From Patescibacteria group bacterium (lineage in GTDB: Bacteria; Patescibacteriota; Patescibacteriia; Magasanikbacterales; GWA2-37-8): DNA of 64,000 bases. The DNA lies in NCBI GenBank assembly GCA_028688375.1, contig JAQTYG010000001.1, forward strand, positions 183,420 through 247,419. The letters run 5' to 3'. Shown in pieces: positions 31,016 to 39,335 of the stretch (position 1 is its first letter; each line of letters starts with the position of its first letter). The notes under the pieces are model-generated. The model searched no databases and had not been told where the DNA came from. It saw only the letters and a list, made by a program, of their open reading frames with translations. A program made the translations under genes and the position numbers.

Positions 31016-33169
31016 TTATGTTTTTTCTTGTGGCGTCGAAGCGATTTGCTCTGCCAACTCCTGTAAAATTTCTTCACGCGTGCGCTCGAAACCGGCGTCA
31101 TCCAAAATCACGAACCCGCCGTCGGCCTCTTCTTTCACCACGAAAGAATCGGGCACAATATCGCTTAAAAATTTACGCGCCGCGCCGGCGGCCATCTCGG
31201 ACGACATCCCTTCGCTCTTAAAACGGTGGCTTAGCGACAATTCGGCCTGGCGCCGCGCCGTCTCAATCGCTTTAGAAACTTCCGCGCCCTGTTCGGCTCT
31301 TTTTATGGCGCCCAGATGTTCGCGCAAGCGTTGGTCCTCCCTCCCCCTCTTTTTCTCCCCCTCGGGCAGGGGGAGAGACGCGCCGTCTTCTCGCCCGCTT
31401 TCTCCGTCAGCTCGTTCCGCGCTACCGACCGCGGTTTTGACTACCCGGCTGTTGGTGGCTTTTTGCAATTCCAACAGCAAATCATTGATATCTTCTCCGT
31501 TCGGCAAAGCTACTGTCACTTCATCCCCGCCGACTAAAGTAAAAATTTTATCTTTAGAATAATATCGGCCACAAACCTCCGCCACCTTGGCGCGCACCTC
31601 GCGCATTCTTTTTGTGGTGCTGTCCCCGGCTTTCAACGAGGCCTCGGCTAAACTTATTTTACCCGCATCAATGTCGTTCAACAAACGCTCATATTCCAAA
31701 AGCAAATCCACGCCCAAATCCATCACGTCAATGGAGACATACACCGCGTCCGGCATTTTCATCGCCTCGGAATGAAAAATTTCCGGCGAGGCGCAGGTCG
31801 CGTCTTTTTGATCTACTTTCAAAATGGCCGCGACGGCTTGGCGGTCGGCTTGATTAAGGTCCTTCATTTTCGCCAAATCAATCAAGCGCCGGGTTTTATC
31901 GACTTTGTTTTTCAAGGTATCGTCGGCCGAACCAGGCAATGAATTTTTCCCGGCAATTTCATCGGCGGTAAGCGGTTTGAATAAATCTAACAAATTAACT
32001 CGGCGAATATATTGTTCAACTTTTTTTACCGCTTCTTCTTGGCCGGGCGCCGGTTCAAATTTATTTTTTCTGATCGCCCTGACTAAATCACGATTGATCG
32101 TCCGCCGGCCGTCCACGGTTTGCCAAACCTCAAACGGCAAGCCGTTTTTATCTTTAATTACACCGGCCAATTCTTTACCCGAAGCGATAATATTTCCGAT
32201 TTCAGCTTTAATAAATTTAGCGTCATATTCCCCGCCGTATTTTTTCTGCTCGCCATGCCGTAAAACCTGCGCCATCTGTTGGCTTTCGGCCACGGCCAAA
32301 GCGGCCGGGGTGTAGTCGCCGGATTTTGGCGAAGCGCCAACTTTGCTGGCGCCAAAAGTCGCTTTAAAACCCCACTGGCCGAGCTTGTTTTTAAAACTAT
32401 CCAATTTTTTTAATTTGGCTTCTTTGGCCGCCGGCGCCAGGGACGAATTTTTTAATTCTGTTTCTTTGGTTTTGATAGTTTCCAGAATCACTTTTACCAT
32501 GGCCTGATCCAATTGCCGACCGAGAGCGTTCATAATGTCGGCGGTTTTATCCGGGCCGCCCAATTCTTTTATTTTTTCTTGGTTCGGTTTCAAAATCCCA
32601 CTGCGAAAATCCTGATGCAAAATTTCCAGTCCATGGTGTTCGGCCAGCGAAGCCATGTAGTTTTTTCTGTGGTCAATAATTTCGTCAGTTAACTGTTGAC
32701 CGAATAATTCGTCGTTAAAATATTTGACGGAAAAAATACCGGCCGGCATGGAAAAATATATGGCCGTATCGCCCTGGCGCAATTCGCTAAAAATCTTTTG
32801 CCAGCTGCGCGACTCCAAGGACGAGGCGATATTGGCTGATTCGCGATCTGTCAGCTCTGCCATCTCTCCACCCGCCAATTTATTAATAAATTCCGCCCGC
32901 GCCAAAGCGCCACGAGTGCGTTCCAGCGTCGCCGAGTCAACCAATTCCGTTTCCACCCGCCGTTGATATTCGCGCGTTTTCTTTTTGTCCGGACTGACTA
33001 ATTCCACCACTGCTGCGCCCTCGTCAAGACCGTCAATCATCAGGCGGTCCACCGCGTTCTCCACATCCGCTTCAGATATTTCAATCTCCCGTCCTTGAGG
33101 GGCGATTTCCGGCGACTGGGGATAAATTTCTTTCTCAGGCAAAATTGCCGCGGCTTTGTTATTGGTCAT
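31016..33169 (-). CDS. Hypothetical protein with degenerate GGDEF-like (palm) domain(s)
   Basis: YVSIDVMDLG...AGD...VGGDEV; N-terminal VKYFNDELFG. Confidence 0.5.
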   Translation of the reverse strand: MTNNKAAAILPEKEIYPQSPEIAPQGREIEISEADVENAVDRLMIDGLDEGAAVVELVSPDKKKTREYQRRVETELVDSATLERTRGALARAEFINKLAGGEMAELTDRESANIASSLESRSWQKIFSELRQGDTAIYFSMPAGIFSVKYFNDELFGQQLTDEIIDHRKNYMASLAEHHGLEILHQDFRSGILKPNQEKIKELGGPDKTADIMNALGRQLDQAMVKVILETIKTKETELKNSSLAPAAKEAKLKKLDSFKNKLGQWGFKATFGASKVGASPKSGDYTPAALAVAESQQMAQVLRHGEQKKYGGEYDAKFIKAEIGNIIASGKELAGVIKDKNGLPFEVWQTVDGRRTINRDLVRAIRKNKFEPAPGQEEAVKKVEQYIRRVNLLDLFKPLTADEIAGKNSLPGSADDTLKNKVDKTRRLIDLAKMKDLNQADRQAVAAILKVDQKDATCASPEIFHSEAMKMPDAVYVSIDVMDLGVDLLLEYERLLNDIDAGKISLAEASLKAGDSTTKRMREVRAKVAEVCGRYYSKDKIFTLVGGDEVTVALPNGEDINDLLLELQKATNSRVVKTAVGSAERADGESGREDGASLPLPEGEKKRGREDQRLREHLGAIKRAEQGAEVSKAIETARRQAELSLSHRFKSEGMSSEMAAGAARKFLSDIVPDSFVVKEEADGGFVILDDAGFERTREEILQELAEQIASTPQEKT
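31337..31384. repeat. Palindromic repeat, family B, in frame within CDS
   Basis: Encodes [16 protein letters not shown]; matches the gmd C-terminal copy. Confidence 0.85.
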
Positions 33170-33492
33170 AAATGTTTAATTTTTTTAACAAGATCTTTTA
33201 TCGCCGTTGAATCTACCGCTAATTTCTGCGCGGCCCGGGCGGATAAAACTTTCTGTCTCGCTCGCGCGCCGACAGCCAAGACTCGTTCCGCGAATTTCGG
33301 ATCTTCGGTCTGGCGTTTTTTAATCTCTTCTTTTTGGAAAGCGATCACTTCCAGCAAAATTTTTGCCAGATGCTCAAGGCCGGACGGCGGTAATTCTCCC
33401 GCCCGATTCAAAATTTCCGCCTTAAAGGACGGGGCAAAAATAAAGATTCGGCGCAATAATTCACCGATGTTTTTAGCTTTTTTTTCCTCCAT
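33166..33492 (-). CDS. Hypothetical helical protein
   Basis: 108-aa ORF with ggag SD; stop overlaps start of the downstream gene. Confidence 0.65.
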   Translation of the reverse strand: MEEKKAKNIGELLRRIFIFAPSFKAEILNRAGELPPSGLEHLAKILLEVIAFQKEEIKKRQTEDPKFAERVLAVGARARQKVLSARAAQKLAVDSTAIKDLVKKIKHL

Positions 33493-33532
33493 ACGTTATG
33501 CTCCTATTTTATCACTTTACACCAACGGGGTC

Positions 33533-33575
33533 AAAAAAACCCGCCCCGCATTTTGCGGGGCGGGGCGGGCTTTTT
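33533..33575. terminator. Intrinsic terminator (likely bidirectional) after the FN3-like gene
   Basis: aaaaaaa cccgccccgca tttt gcggggcggg..ttttt. Confidence 0.75.
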
Positions 33576-33581
33576 CAGCAT

Positions 33582-36110
33582 TTATTGCGCTGTCTGAAAG
33601 TAATGGAAGCTGCGATAATCAGACCAGGGAGTATAGGTTGAATTATTTAATTTGGCGCGCACTCGGAAACGATAGGTGTTATCTGTGCCCGGCGCCCAAT
33701 AGCTGTAAGAATTACTACCGGTGATATAGGTATTAACAAGCGCCCACTGGCTGGAATAACCGTTGCAATAATCGCAGGCCACTTCCACGTCGTAATTTTG
33801 GGCGTTGCTGACCGAATACCAGCCCAGATTAACCGAGCGCGAACTTTGATTGATCGCCGCGTTGTTGGCCGGAGTATAAACTACCGGCGCATTGCCGTAA
33901 GAATTGCCGTTGGAAGAACCGCCGGCGTTAACCGAGAACTCTCGCCAATCAGACCAATTGGAATAAGCGCCATCGGAAAATTTCGTGCGCACGCGCATTC
34001 GATAATTATTATCGTACGAAAAATACATGGTGGCGAAATTGCTCCAGGCGGTCTGGGTGCGTTCCTCATACCAGCCGGTGCCGGATTTGTAATTGACGTT
34101 TATTTCGTAAGAAACAGAATGGCTATCATTTGACCAAGTGGCGTAAACATTGCGGCCGGTAAATGTCTGGCCGGCGTTCGGCATACTGATCAAAGGCGCG
34201 TCATCTAAATGATCATAACCGCCGCCATACGGCCCAACCATAAACTCTCGCCAATCAGACCAATCGCCGTAGGAATTATCCCAAAATTTAGCGCGAGCGC
34301 GCAAACGATAATAACCGTCATTGGTTACGTTGAAATTTAAACTATTTTGGATAGAGCCGTAAATACCGTCAGGCGTGCCATAGACATACCAGGTATTTCC
34401 AGATTTGTAATTAACCTCTACTGCATAAACATAAGCGCTGGGGACAGCGGTCCAACTGGAATAAACGGTGTGGTAGGTTAAGTACTGATCCTCGGTCGGA
34501 TTATATACGGAAATCCCGTTGGAATTGGAATTGTATTTATAATGGAAATAGCGATAATCAGACCAGGTGGTAAAATTGCCATTGCCTAAATTGGCGCGCA
34601 CGCGAAAATGGCACCAGGTATCGTCGCCGTGAACGGCATATAAATTATAGACGGCGCCGAACGGCAAATACGGATAAATAGTTTCAGTGCCATAGCCGTC
34701 GCAAGTCATTTCTATGATGTAACCGGTAACACCGGACACGCCGCTCCAACTTAAAGACACCATGCGACTGCCATTTTCAACCACGGCATTTTGCGCCGGA
34801 GTATAAATTACGGGGGCGGTAGTGTTATTATTGGTGCCGACGGTAAACTCTCGCCAGTCAGACCAATCGCTGTAGACAGAAGTGGTAAAATGGGCGCGGA
34901 CGCGGAAACGATATTTGTTATCGTCGCTAATATTCAGAGTGGGATTAACGTTGTAGACAGAGGTGTTGCTTTTGTTCACCCAAGCGCCATTGGAAAAATA
35001 ATCAAGATCCATTTCATAAGCCTGTGCGCCGGAATTGCTGGTCCAGCTGGCATTCACGAGATGATCATTGAAAACCTGGCCCTGCCACGGCGCGGTGATC
35101 ACCGGCGCGTCGTAATTGTGACTTCCGTTGTCATAATAAAAATGGTTGTATTCGCTCCACCCGCCGTAACTGCCGTTGCGGAAAGCGCGGACGCGGAAAC
35201 TGTATTGGCCAAAAACGCCGGAAGATAAAGTGACAGAAGTGTCGCTCGCGGTAATCGTGTTTTCCACCACCAAAACCCAAAATGAACCATTGTTTCTGGT
35301 CACTTGATATTGGTAAGCGGTGGCGCCGGCCACGACCGACCAATCCAAAGTTACATTATTACTTGTCAAATGGGCTTCATCAGTCGGCAAAAGAAGCGAC
35401 GGGACGGTTAAATCCGTGCCCGAATGCGTATCCACCTTAAAATACCGCCACTCAGACCAGTTGGTGTAGGTGTTGTTGGATAATTGCGCGCGAATTTTCA
35501 CGCGGTAACTGTTATCCCAAATGCCTTCGCCGATCACGTAATTATTGCTGGTTTGATAATCAACAAAATTTTTCCAAACGCCGTTGGAAGAATATTCCAC
35601 CGTAATAAAATAGGTTTGCGCGCTGACGACCGAGTTCCAATGGAAATCCGTGGAGTCCCAATCCATCGTTTGGTTGGCGCCTGGCACGGTAATCACCGGA
35701 GCGGTGGTCACCGGAGTTTGGGCGGAAGTATTAAATCTAAAATATTTATAATCAGACCAGTAACCGGCGGTAGCGCCATCATAAGCGCGGACACGCCAGC
35801 GGAATTGGTTGTCGCCCGGCATGGTTACGGTCAAAGTTCTGGCCGTAGTAGAATAGGTTTTAGCGCCCTGCCATTTGTTGGTTTTGCTGACGCAAACATC
35901 GCAGGTCACTTCCACTTCATACTTGGTGGCGTGGGAGACACTATCCCAGGTGAAGGTGGTTTGACGCGGATAATTAGTCAAGGTTTGATTGGACGCCGGA
36001 GCGGTCAAGTACGGAGCCGATAAAACCGAGGCCTTGGCCGTACCGACAGCAAAAAACGACGCCACAAAAATGACGGCGAGCCAAGCAACGATTTGGGGAT
36101 ATTTACGCAT
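33582..36110 (-). CDS. Secreted protein with 8 fibronectin type III-like repeats
   Basis: Signal peptide; 8 units of about 100 aa of type AP.I..P...W......Y.....YRFRVRA....WSDWR.F. Confidence 0.8.
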   Translation of the reverse strand: MRKYPQIVAWLAVIFVASFFAVGTAKASVLSAPYLTAPASNQTLTNYPRQTTFTWDSVSHATKYEVEVTCDVCVSKTNKWQGAKTYSTTARTLTVTMPGDNQFRWRVRAYDGATAGYWSDYKYFRFNTSAQTPVTTAPVITVPGANQTMDWDSTDFHWNSVVSAQTYFITVEYSSNGVWKNFVDYQTSNNYVIGEGIWDNSYRVKIRAQLSNNTYTNWSEWRYFKVDTHSGTDLTVPSLLLPTDEAHLTSNNVTLDWSVVAGATAYQYQVTRNNGSFWVLVVENTITASDTSVTLSSGVFGQYSFRVRAFRNGSYGGWSEYNHFYYDNGSHNYDAPVITAPWQGQVFNDHLVNASWTSNSGAQAYEMDLDYFSNGAWVNKSNTSVYNVNPTLNISDDNKYRFRVRAHFTTSVYSDWSDWREFTVGTNNNTTAPVIYTPAQNAVVENGSRMVSLSWSGVSGVTGYIIEMTCDGYGTETIYPYLPFGAVYNLYAVHGDDTWCHFRVRANLGNGNFTTWSDYRYFHYKYNSNSNGISVYNPTEDQYLTYHTVYSSWTAVPSAYVYAVEVNYKSGNTWYVYGTPDGIYGSIQNSLNFNVTNDGYYRLRARAKFWDNSYGDWSDWREFMVGPYGGGYDHLDDAPLISMPNAGQTFTGRNVYATWSNDSHSVSYEINVNYKSGTGWYEERTQTAWSNFATMYFSYDNNYRMRVRTKFSDGAYSNWSDWREFSVNAGGSSNGNSYGNAPVVYTPANNAAINQSSRSVNLGWYSVSNAQNYDVEVACDYCNGYSSQWALVNTYITGSNSYSYWAPGTDNTYRFRVRAKLNNSTYTPWSDYRSFHYFQTAQ

Positions 36111-36189
36111 AGGCTTGTTTATTAGTTTATTGGTTAATTGGTTTATTAGTAATTAGGAATACGCTTAGTTTAGCAAAAAGTGACTTACT

Positions 36190-36231
36190 AACATAGCACA
36201 TCTTGACAAAAATGTCAATACATGCTATATT
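36190..36231. promoter_or_regulatory. Overlapping divergent sigma70 promoters
   Basis: Plus: TTGACA(36203)-17-TATATT; minus: TTGACA(36218)-17-TATGTT; both with TGn extended -10. Confidence 0.7.
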
Positions 36232-36303
36232 TCTCTGTTCTAGCTCTTTGCCCAATTCAAGGGAATCAGGCCGTTTTTACGGCTTTCAACAAAGGAGCGA
36301 GCC

Positions 36304-36546
36304 ATGAAAAGGGTTTATTACTACCACTTTCCTGGTGGTCCGGGCGGGATCTTCGGAGCCAGCCCCTACGGCCAGATCATGATCCGCGACCTGGCGGATG
36401 GCGGGAAGGAGACGTACAGCGAGTATCTCACTGATATCGAGCTCCTGATCCTCCTGCTGAATGAACTGGCGAAGGACCCGCGGTGCAACAAGAACGACAT
36501 CGCTCGGGCCAAGGCCGAGATCCAGCGGAAGCTGGGCAAGAAGTAG
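36304..36546 (+). CDS. Hypothetical protein (GC-rich orphan)
   Basis: AAAGGAG SD, upstream promoter, C/G-ending codons. Confidence 0.7.
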   Translation: MKRVYYYHFPGGPGGIFGASPYGQIMIRDLADGGKETYSEYLTDIELLILLLNELAKDPRCNKNDIARAKAEIQRKLGKK

Positions 36547-36548
36547 CC

Positions 36549-37016
36549 ATGGAGACCACGCACGCCCACACCAACTTGTGCGAATGCGGACTATGCTGTG
36601 AGGGCAACCCGCATGTCTACATCGAGCTCAAAAACAAAAAACAGCGCCATGGGCCATTCGAATCGGCCTTCGAGGCGCTGATATTCCTCTTCGGGCGAAC
36701 CGCCAGCAAGGTGGTCACCAAAGAGGAGACCGGAAAGGAGGTCCTGACCGCCGATCTGGACAAGAAAGAGGCGGTCGAGATCGGCCAGTGGATTCTGAAC
36801 ATCCTGCCCCACGGCCGGACCGACACCACCACCGCCGCCACCGAGCTCAAGCGCGAGCTCGAACGCCACCACAACGGACAGTCCGTCCGCCTGCTTGAAC
36901 TGGCGGACGCTATGTTCGCTCCCCTGTTGGAAGGGGAAAAGTCCTTTGATAAGCTCCCACCGCCCCGAGAGCGCGAGAAGCTCTCGCTACGATACGTCGT
37001 GGCTACCGGCGGTTGA
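36549..37016 (+). CDS. Hypothetical protein (N-terminal Cys/His cluster)
   Basis: ATG 2 nt after previous stop; HTNLCECGLCCEGNPH; followed by terminator. Confidence 0.65.
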   Translation: METTHAHTNLCECGLCCEGNPHVYIELKNKKQRHGPFESAFEALIFLFGRTASKVVTKEETGKEVLTADLDKKEAVEIGQWILNILPHGRTDTTTAATELKRELERHHNGQSVRLLELADAMFAPLLEGEKSFDKLPPPREREKLSLRYVVATGG

Positions 37017-37038
37017 GCTTCCGACCCACCCGCACCCC

Positions 37039-37077
37039 CGGCCGTCCTGACACATGTTAGGACGGCCTTTCTCTTTT
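37039..37077 (+). terminator. Intrinsic terminator
   Basis: ggccgtcctga/ttaggacggcc stem followed by tttctctttt. Confidence 0.75.
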
Positions 37078-37086
37078 ATACACGGA

Positions 37087-37115
37087 TTGACTTTGGCCGA
37101 TTTTTACGCTATAAT
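37087..37115 (+). promoter_or_regulatory. tRNA promoter
   Basis: TTGACT-17-TATAAT. Confidence 0.7.
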
Positions 37116-37161
37116 TTTTTAGCTATTATAATCCGCCCGTTTAGGAACGGGCAACGAACAT

Positions 37162-37233
37162 GGCCCGTTCGTCTATCAGTTAGGACACGGCCCTCTCAAG
37201 GCTGAAAGACGGGTGCGATTCCCGTACGGGCTA
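37162..37233 (+). tRNA. tRNA-Glu (anticodon CTC); CCA not encoded
   Basis: GGCCCGT acceptor pairs ACGGGCT; anticodon arm CGGCC-CTCTCAA-GGCTG; T arm CGGG-TGCGATT-CCCG. Confidence 0.92.
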
Positions 37234-37448
37234 CAAAATTAAAAGGTCCAGCGCAAGCTGGGTTTTTTAATTTTGTAATTTGTCCAGGGAATCGCACCTG
37301 CCTGCCGGCAGGCAGGCGGGCAGGAGCGAGCAACGAAGTTTTTGCGGAAGCAAAAACGAGGAAGCGAGAGTCGGCGGACTTCCAGTGAAAGTCCGCCGCT
37401 GCCCAGGACAAGGAGCCGAGCCGATTGTGGTCGGCTCGGCGACGCGGA

Positions 37449-37467
37449 ATTCCCGTACGGGCTACAA
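37449..37467 (+). repeat. 19-bp duplicate of the tRNA-Glu 3' end
   Basis: attcccgtacgggctacaa identical to 37218..37236. Confidence 0.85.
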
Positions 37468-37544
37468 CTGGCTTTTTGCTGAGGTTCCAGTTCACCAGCA
37501 CACTTTTTGCCCACTCGCTTTTGGCGGGACGATTTCAAGTTTTT

Positions 37545-37925
37545 TTATTTTTTGACAACATTGTCCTTGTTAAACAAAAAACCCACTACTATCAATGCTA
37601 ACCCGATCGTTTTTAAAAAACTCTCTCCAACAAAAAATGGCACAATATAACCTTCGTTAAAGCTCATCCATTTAAATCCTACTGCCACTATAACAAAAAA
37701 ATCAAAAACAACAATTGAAATGATAACCCGTAATAACCAATCAGACCATGTCCTTCTCATGCCCATTATATCCAGTCTTTCGCGAGCCAAAATTTGCGCA
37801 ATTATTTTATCCTGCTCCAGCTGGCTCATTTTCCTTTGTGTTTCTAAATCAGGCCCAACAATATCGTAAGTCGTTTGTTCCTCCAATATCTTTTTGACTT
37901 CCTCAACTGTTACGCGATTTTCCAT
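37545..37925 (-). CDS. Small 2-TM membrane protein
   Basis: Two C-terminal hydrophobic helices; overlaps end of peptidase gene. Confidence 0.7.
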   Translation of the reverse strand: MENRVTVEEVKKILEEQTTYDIVGPDLETQRKMSQLEQDKIIAQILARERLDIMGMRRTWSDWLLRVIISIVVFDFFVIVAVGFKWMSFNEGYIVPFFVGESFLKTIGLALIVVGFLFNKDNVVKK

Positions 37926-38419
37926 AAATTCAGCTTCTTCATTCTGAAAGCCATCATTTCATTTGACACTCCGAACATTTTGGCCAGCAGATCAATATCA
38001 TCTTTTGTAATTTTGTATTTATTTATTATTTCTTCAGCCATGTTTTTAGGCACAAGAATATTAGCGGCAAAACAATTAGCCTCTTGCTCTACCGGGCTAT
38101 AATTTCCATTAATGATTGTTTGTCGCAATAACACATTGTAGTCGGAAGGCTTATGTTCCATTTTAAAGTGTCCCAACTCATGTGCTATAGTGAACATCTG
38201 ACGATTTGCTGGGTCGTCATTGTTAACAAAAATTATCTTCTTTTCAATATCTAAGAAACCAGCGACGGATTGAAGCTTCTCGGGCATTTTAATAAAACGC
38301 AATTCCAGCCCCTCGCCTTTGGCAATTTGAAAAACATTAACAACGGGTTCGGTTACACCATATTTTACCAACAAATCATTGGCTAATTCTTCACATTTTG
38401 GAAAATTTGCCTCGCCCAT
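37910..38419 (-). CDS. ImmA/IrrE family Zn metallopeptidase
   Basis: RQMFTIAHELGH, EQEANCFAANILVP, LAKMFGVS; start at MGEAN. Confidence 0.9.
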   Translation of the reverse strand: MGEANFPKCEELANDLLVKYGVTEPVVNVFQIAKGEGLELRFIKMPEKLQSVAGFLDIEKKIIFVNNDDPANRQMFTIAHELGHFKMEHKPSDYNVLLRQTIINGNYSPVEQEANCFAANILVPKNMAEEIINKYKITKDDIDLLAKMFGVSNEMMAFRMKKLNLWKIA

Positions 38420-38506
38420 ATAATAATGGTTAATTTTTACTTCTGCTGTTGGTAGTATAGCACAATAAAGAAATTTTGACGATTTTAAATTTTTCTTTAT
38501 GCACAA

Positions 38507-39289
38507 TCAAGTAAAATCTATAAATTTAGCCTGGTATTTATCCTTCCACTGACTTTTAGAGATAACCCTCTCAGAATAAACACCGGGAGGCGGCCAGTTC
38601 ACCTCCGAAATTTTAATACTACCATCTTGGTACACCTCTTCTACAAACGCAACATGACCTACTGCAGGATTTTTTAAACTTCCGACGAACGACATGGCAC
38701 AACCGGCCTTTGGTTCTTCCAGAATCCTGTACTGGGCACTTCTTTGAAAAATCCCTGCCCATAAGCCCCCATTACGCGGTCTTTCTGCTGGCCATTTGAT
38801 AGTGATGCCCATTTGCTGAATTTTATAATGAACATACTCTACGCACTGAAGATCGTCTCTTCGTGCTCCTCCACCAAACTCATCATTAATAATTTTGCGT
38901 AATTTTATGGAATTTGCATCAGTCGCGAGATTTTTTTCGTGATTATGAAAAGCTGGCACGACATCCTGAAATACTTCTTTTTTCTGCAAATTTTCCAATG
39001 CGATTGGAACGACTTCTACTAAATAAAATTTAGAAACCCAGCCGTTTTTCCCATCAGCATTGACCCTAAACCAGTCGCCATTTTCTTCAACAGCCTCAAC
39101 CTTAGTACTAAAAGCGAGTTTTGCGATAATATTATCGTTGTTAATCTTTTCCGGGCTGGAACGCATGCGTAACCCATCGGAAGCACTGACAAATAACTCT
39201 TTAGTGGAAAATTGTGGAGTTATATCTGCTACATTTGTTTTTTCTTCGAAGTCAAACGTTTGATTGCACTTAGGACAAGTTATCGGCAT
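38507..39289 (-). CDS. SH3b + CHAP domain cell-wall amidase
   Basis: LRMRSSP..WFRV..GWVSKFY (SH3); QCVEYV...GHVAFVE..ISEVNW (CHAP). Confidence 0.85.
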   Translation of the reverse strand: MPITCPKCNQTFDFEEKTNVADITPQFSTKELFVSASDGLRMRSSPEKINNDNIIAKLAFSTKVEAVEENGDWFRVNADGKNGWVSKFYLVEVVPIALENLQKKEVFQDVVPAFHNHEKNLATDANSIKLRKIINDEFGGGARRDDLQCVEYVHYKIQQMGITIKWPAERPRNGGLWAGIFQRSAQYRILEEPKAGCAMSFVGSLKNPAVGHVAFVEEVYQDGSIKISEVNWPPPGVYSERVISKSQWKDKYQAKFIDFT

Positions 39290-39335
39290 ATAATATTTTC
39301 GGGTTATTTATAATATCATTATACTAGAAAGAATC

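Noticed and set aside
33930-34870. Repeated aactctcgcca.tcagaccaat as a non-coding repeat family
   Set aside because: It simply encodes the WSDWREF motif of the FN3-like repeats.
37196-37555. ORFs of 91-101 aa over the tRNA trailer
   Set aside because: They overlap the tRNA and palindromic repeats, have no RBS, and are likely spurious.
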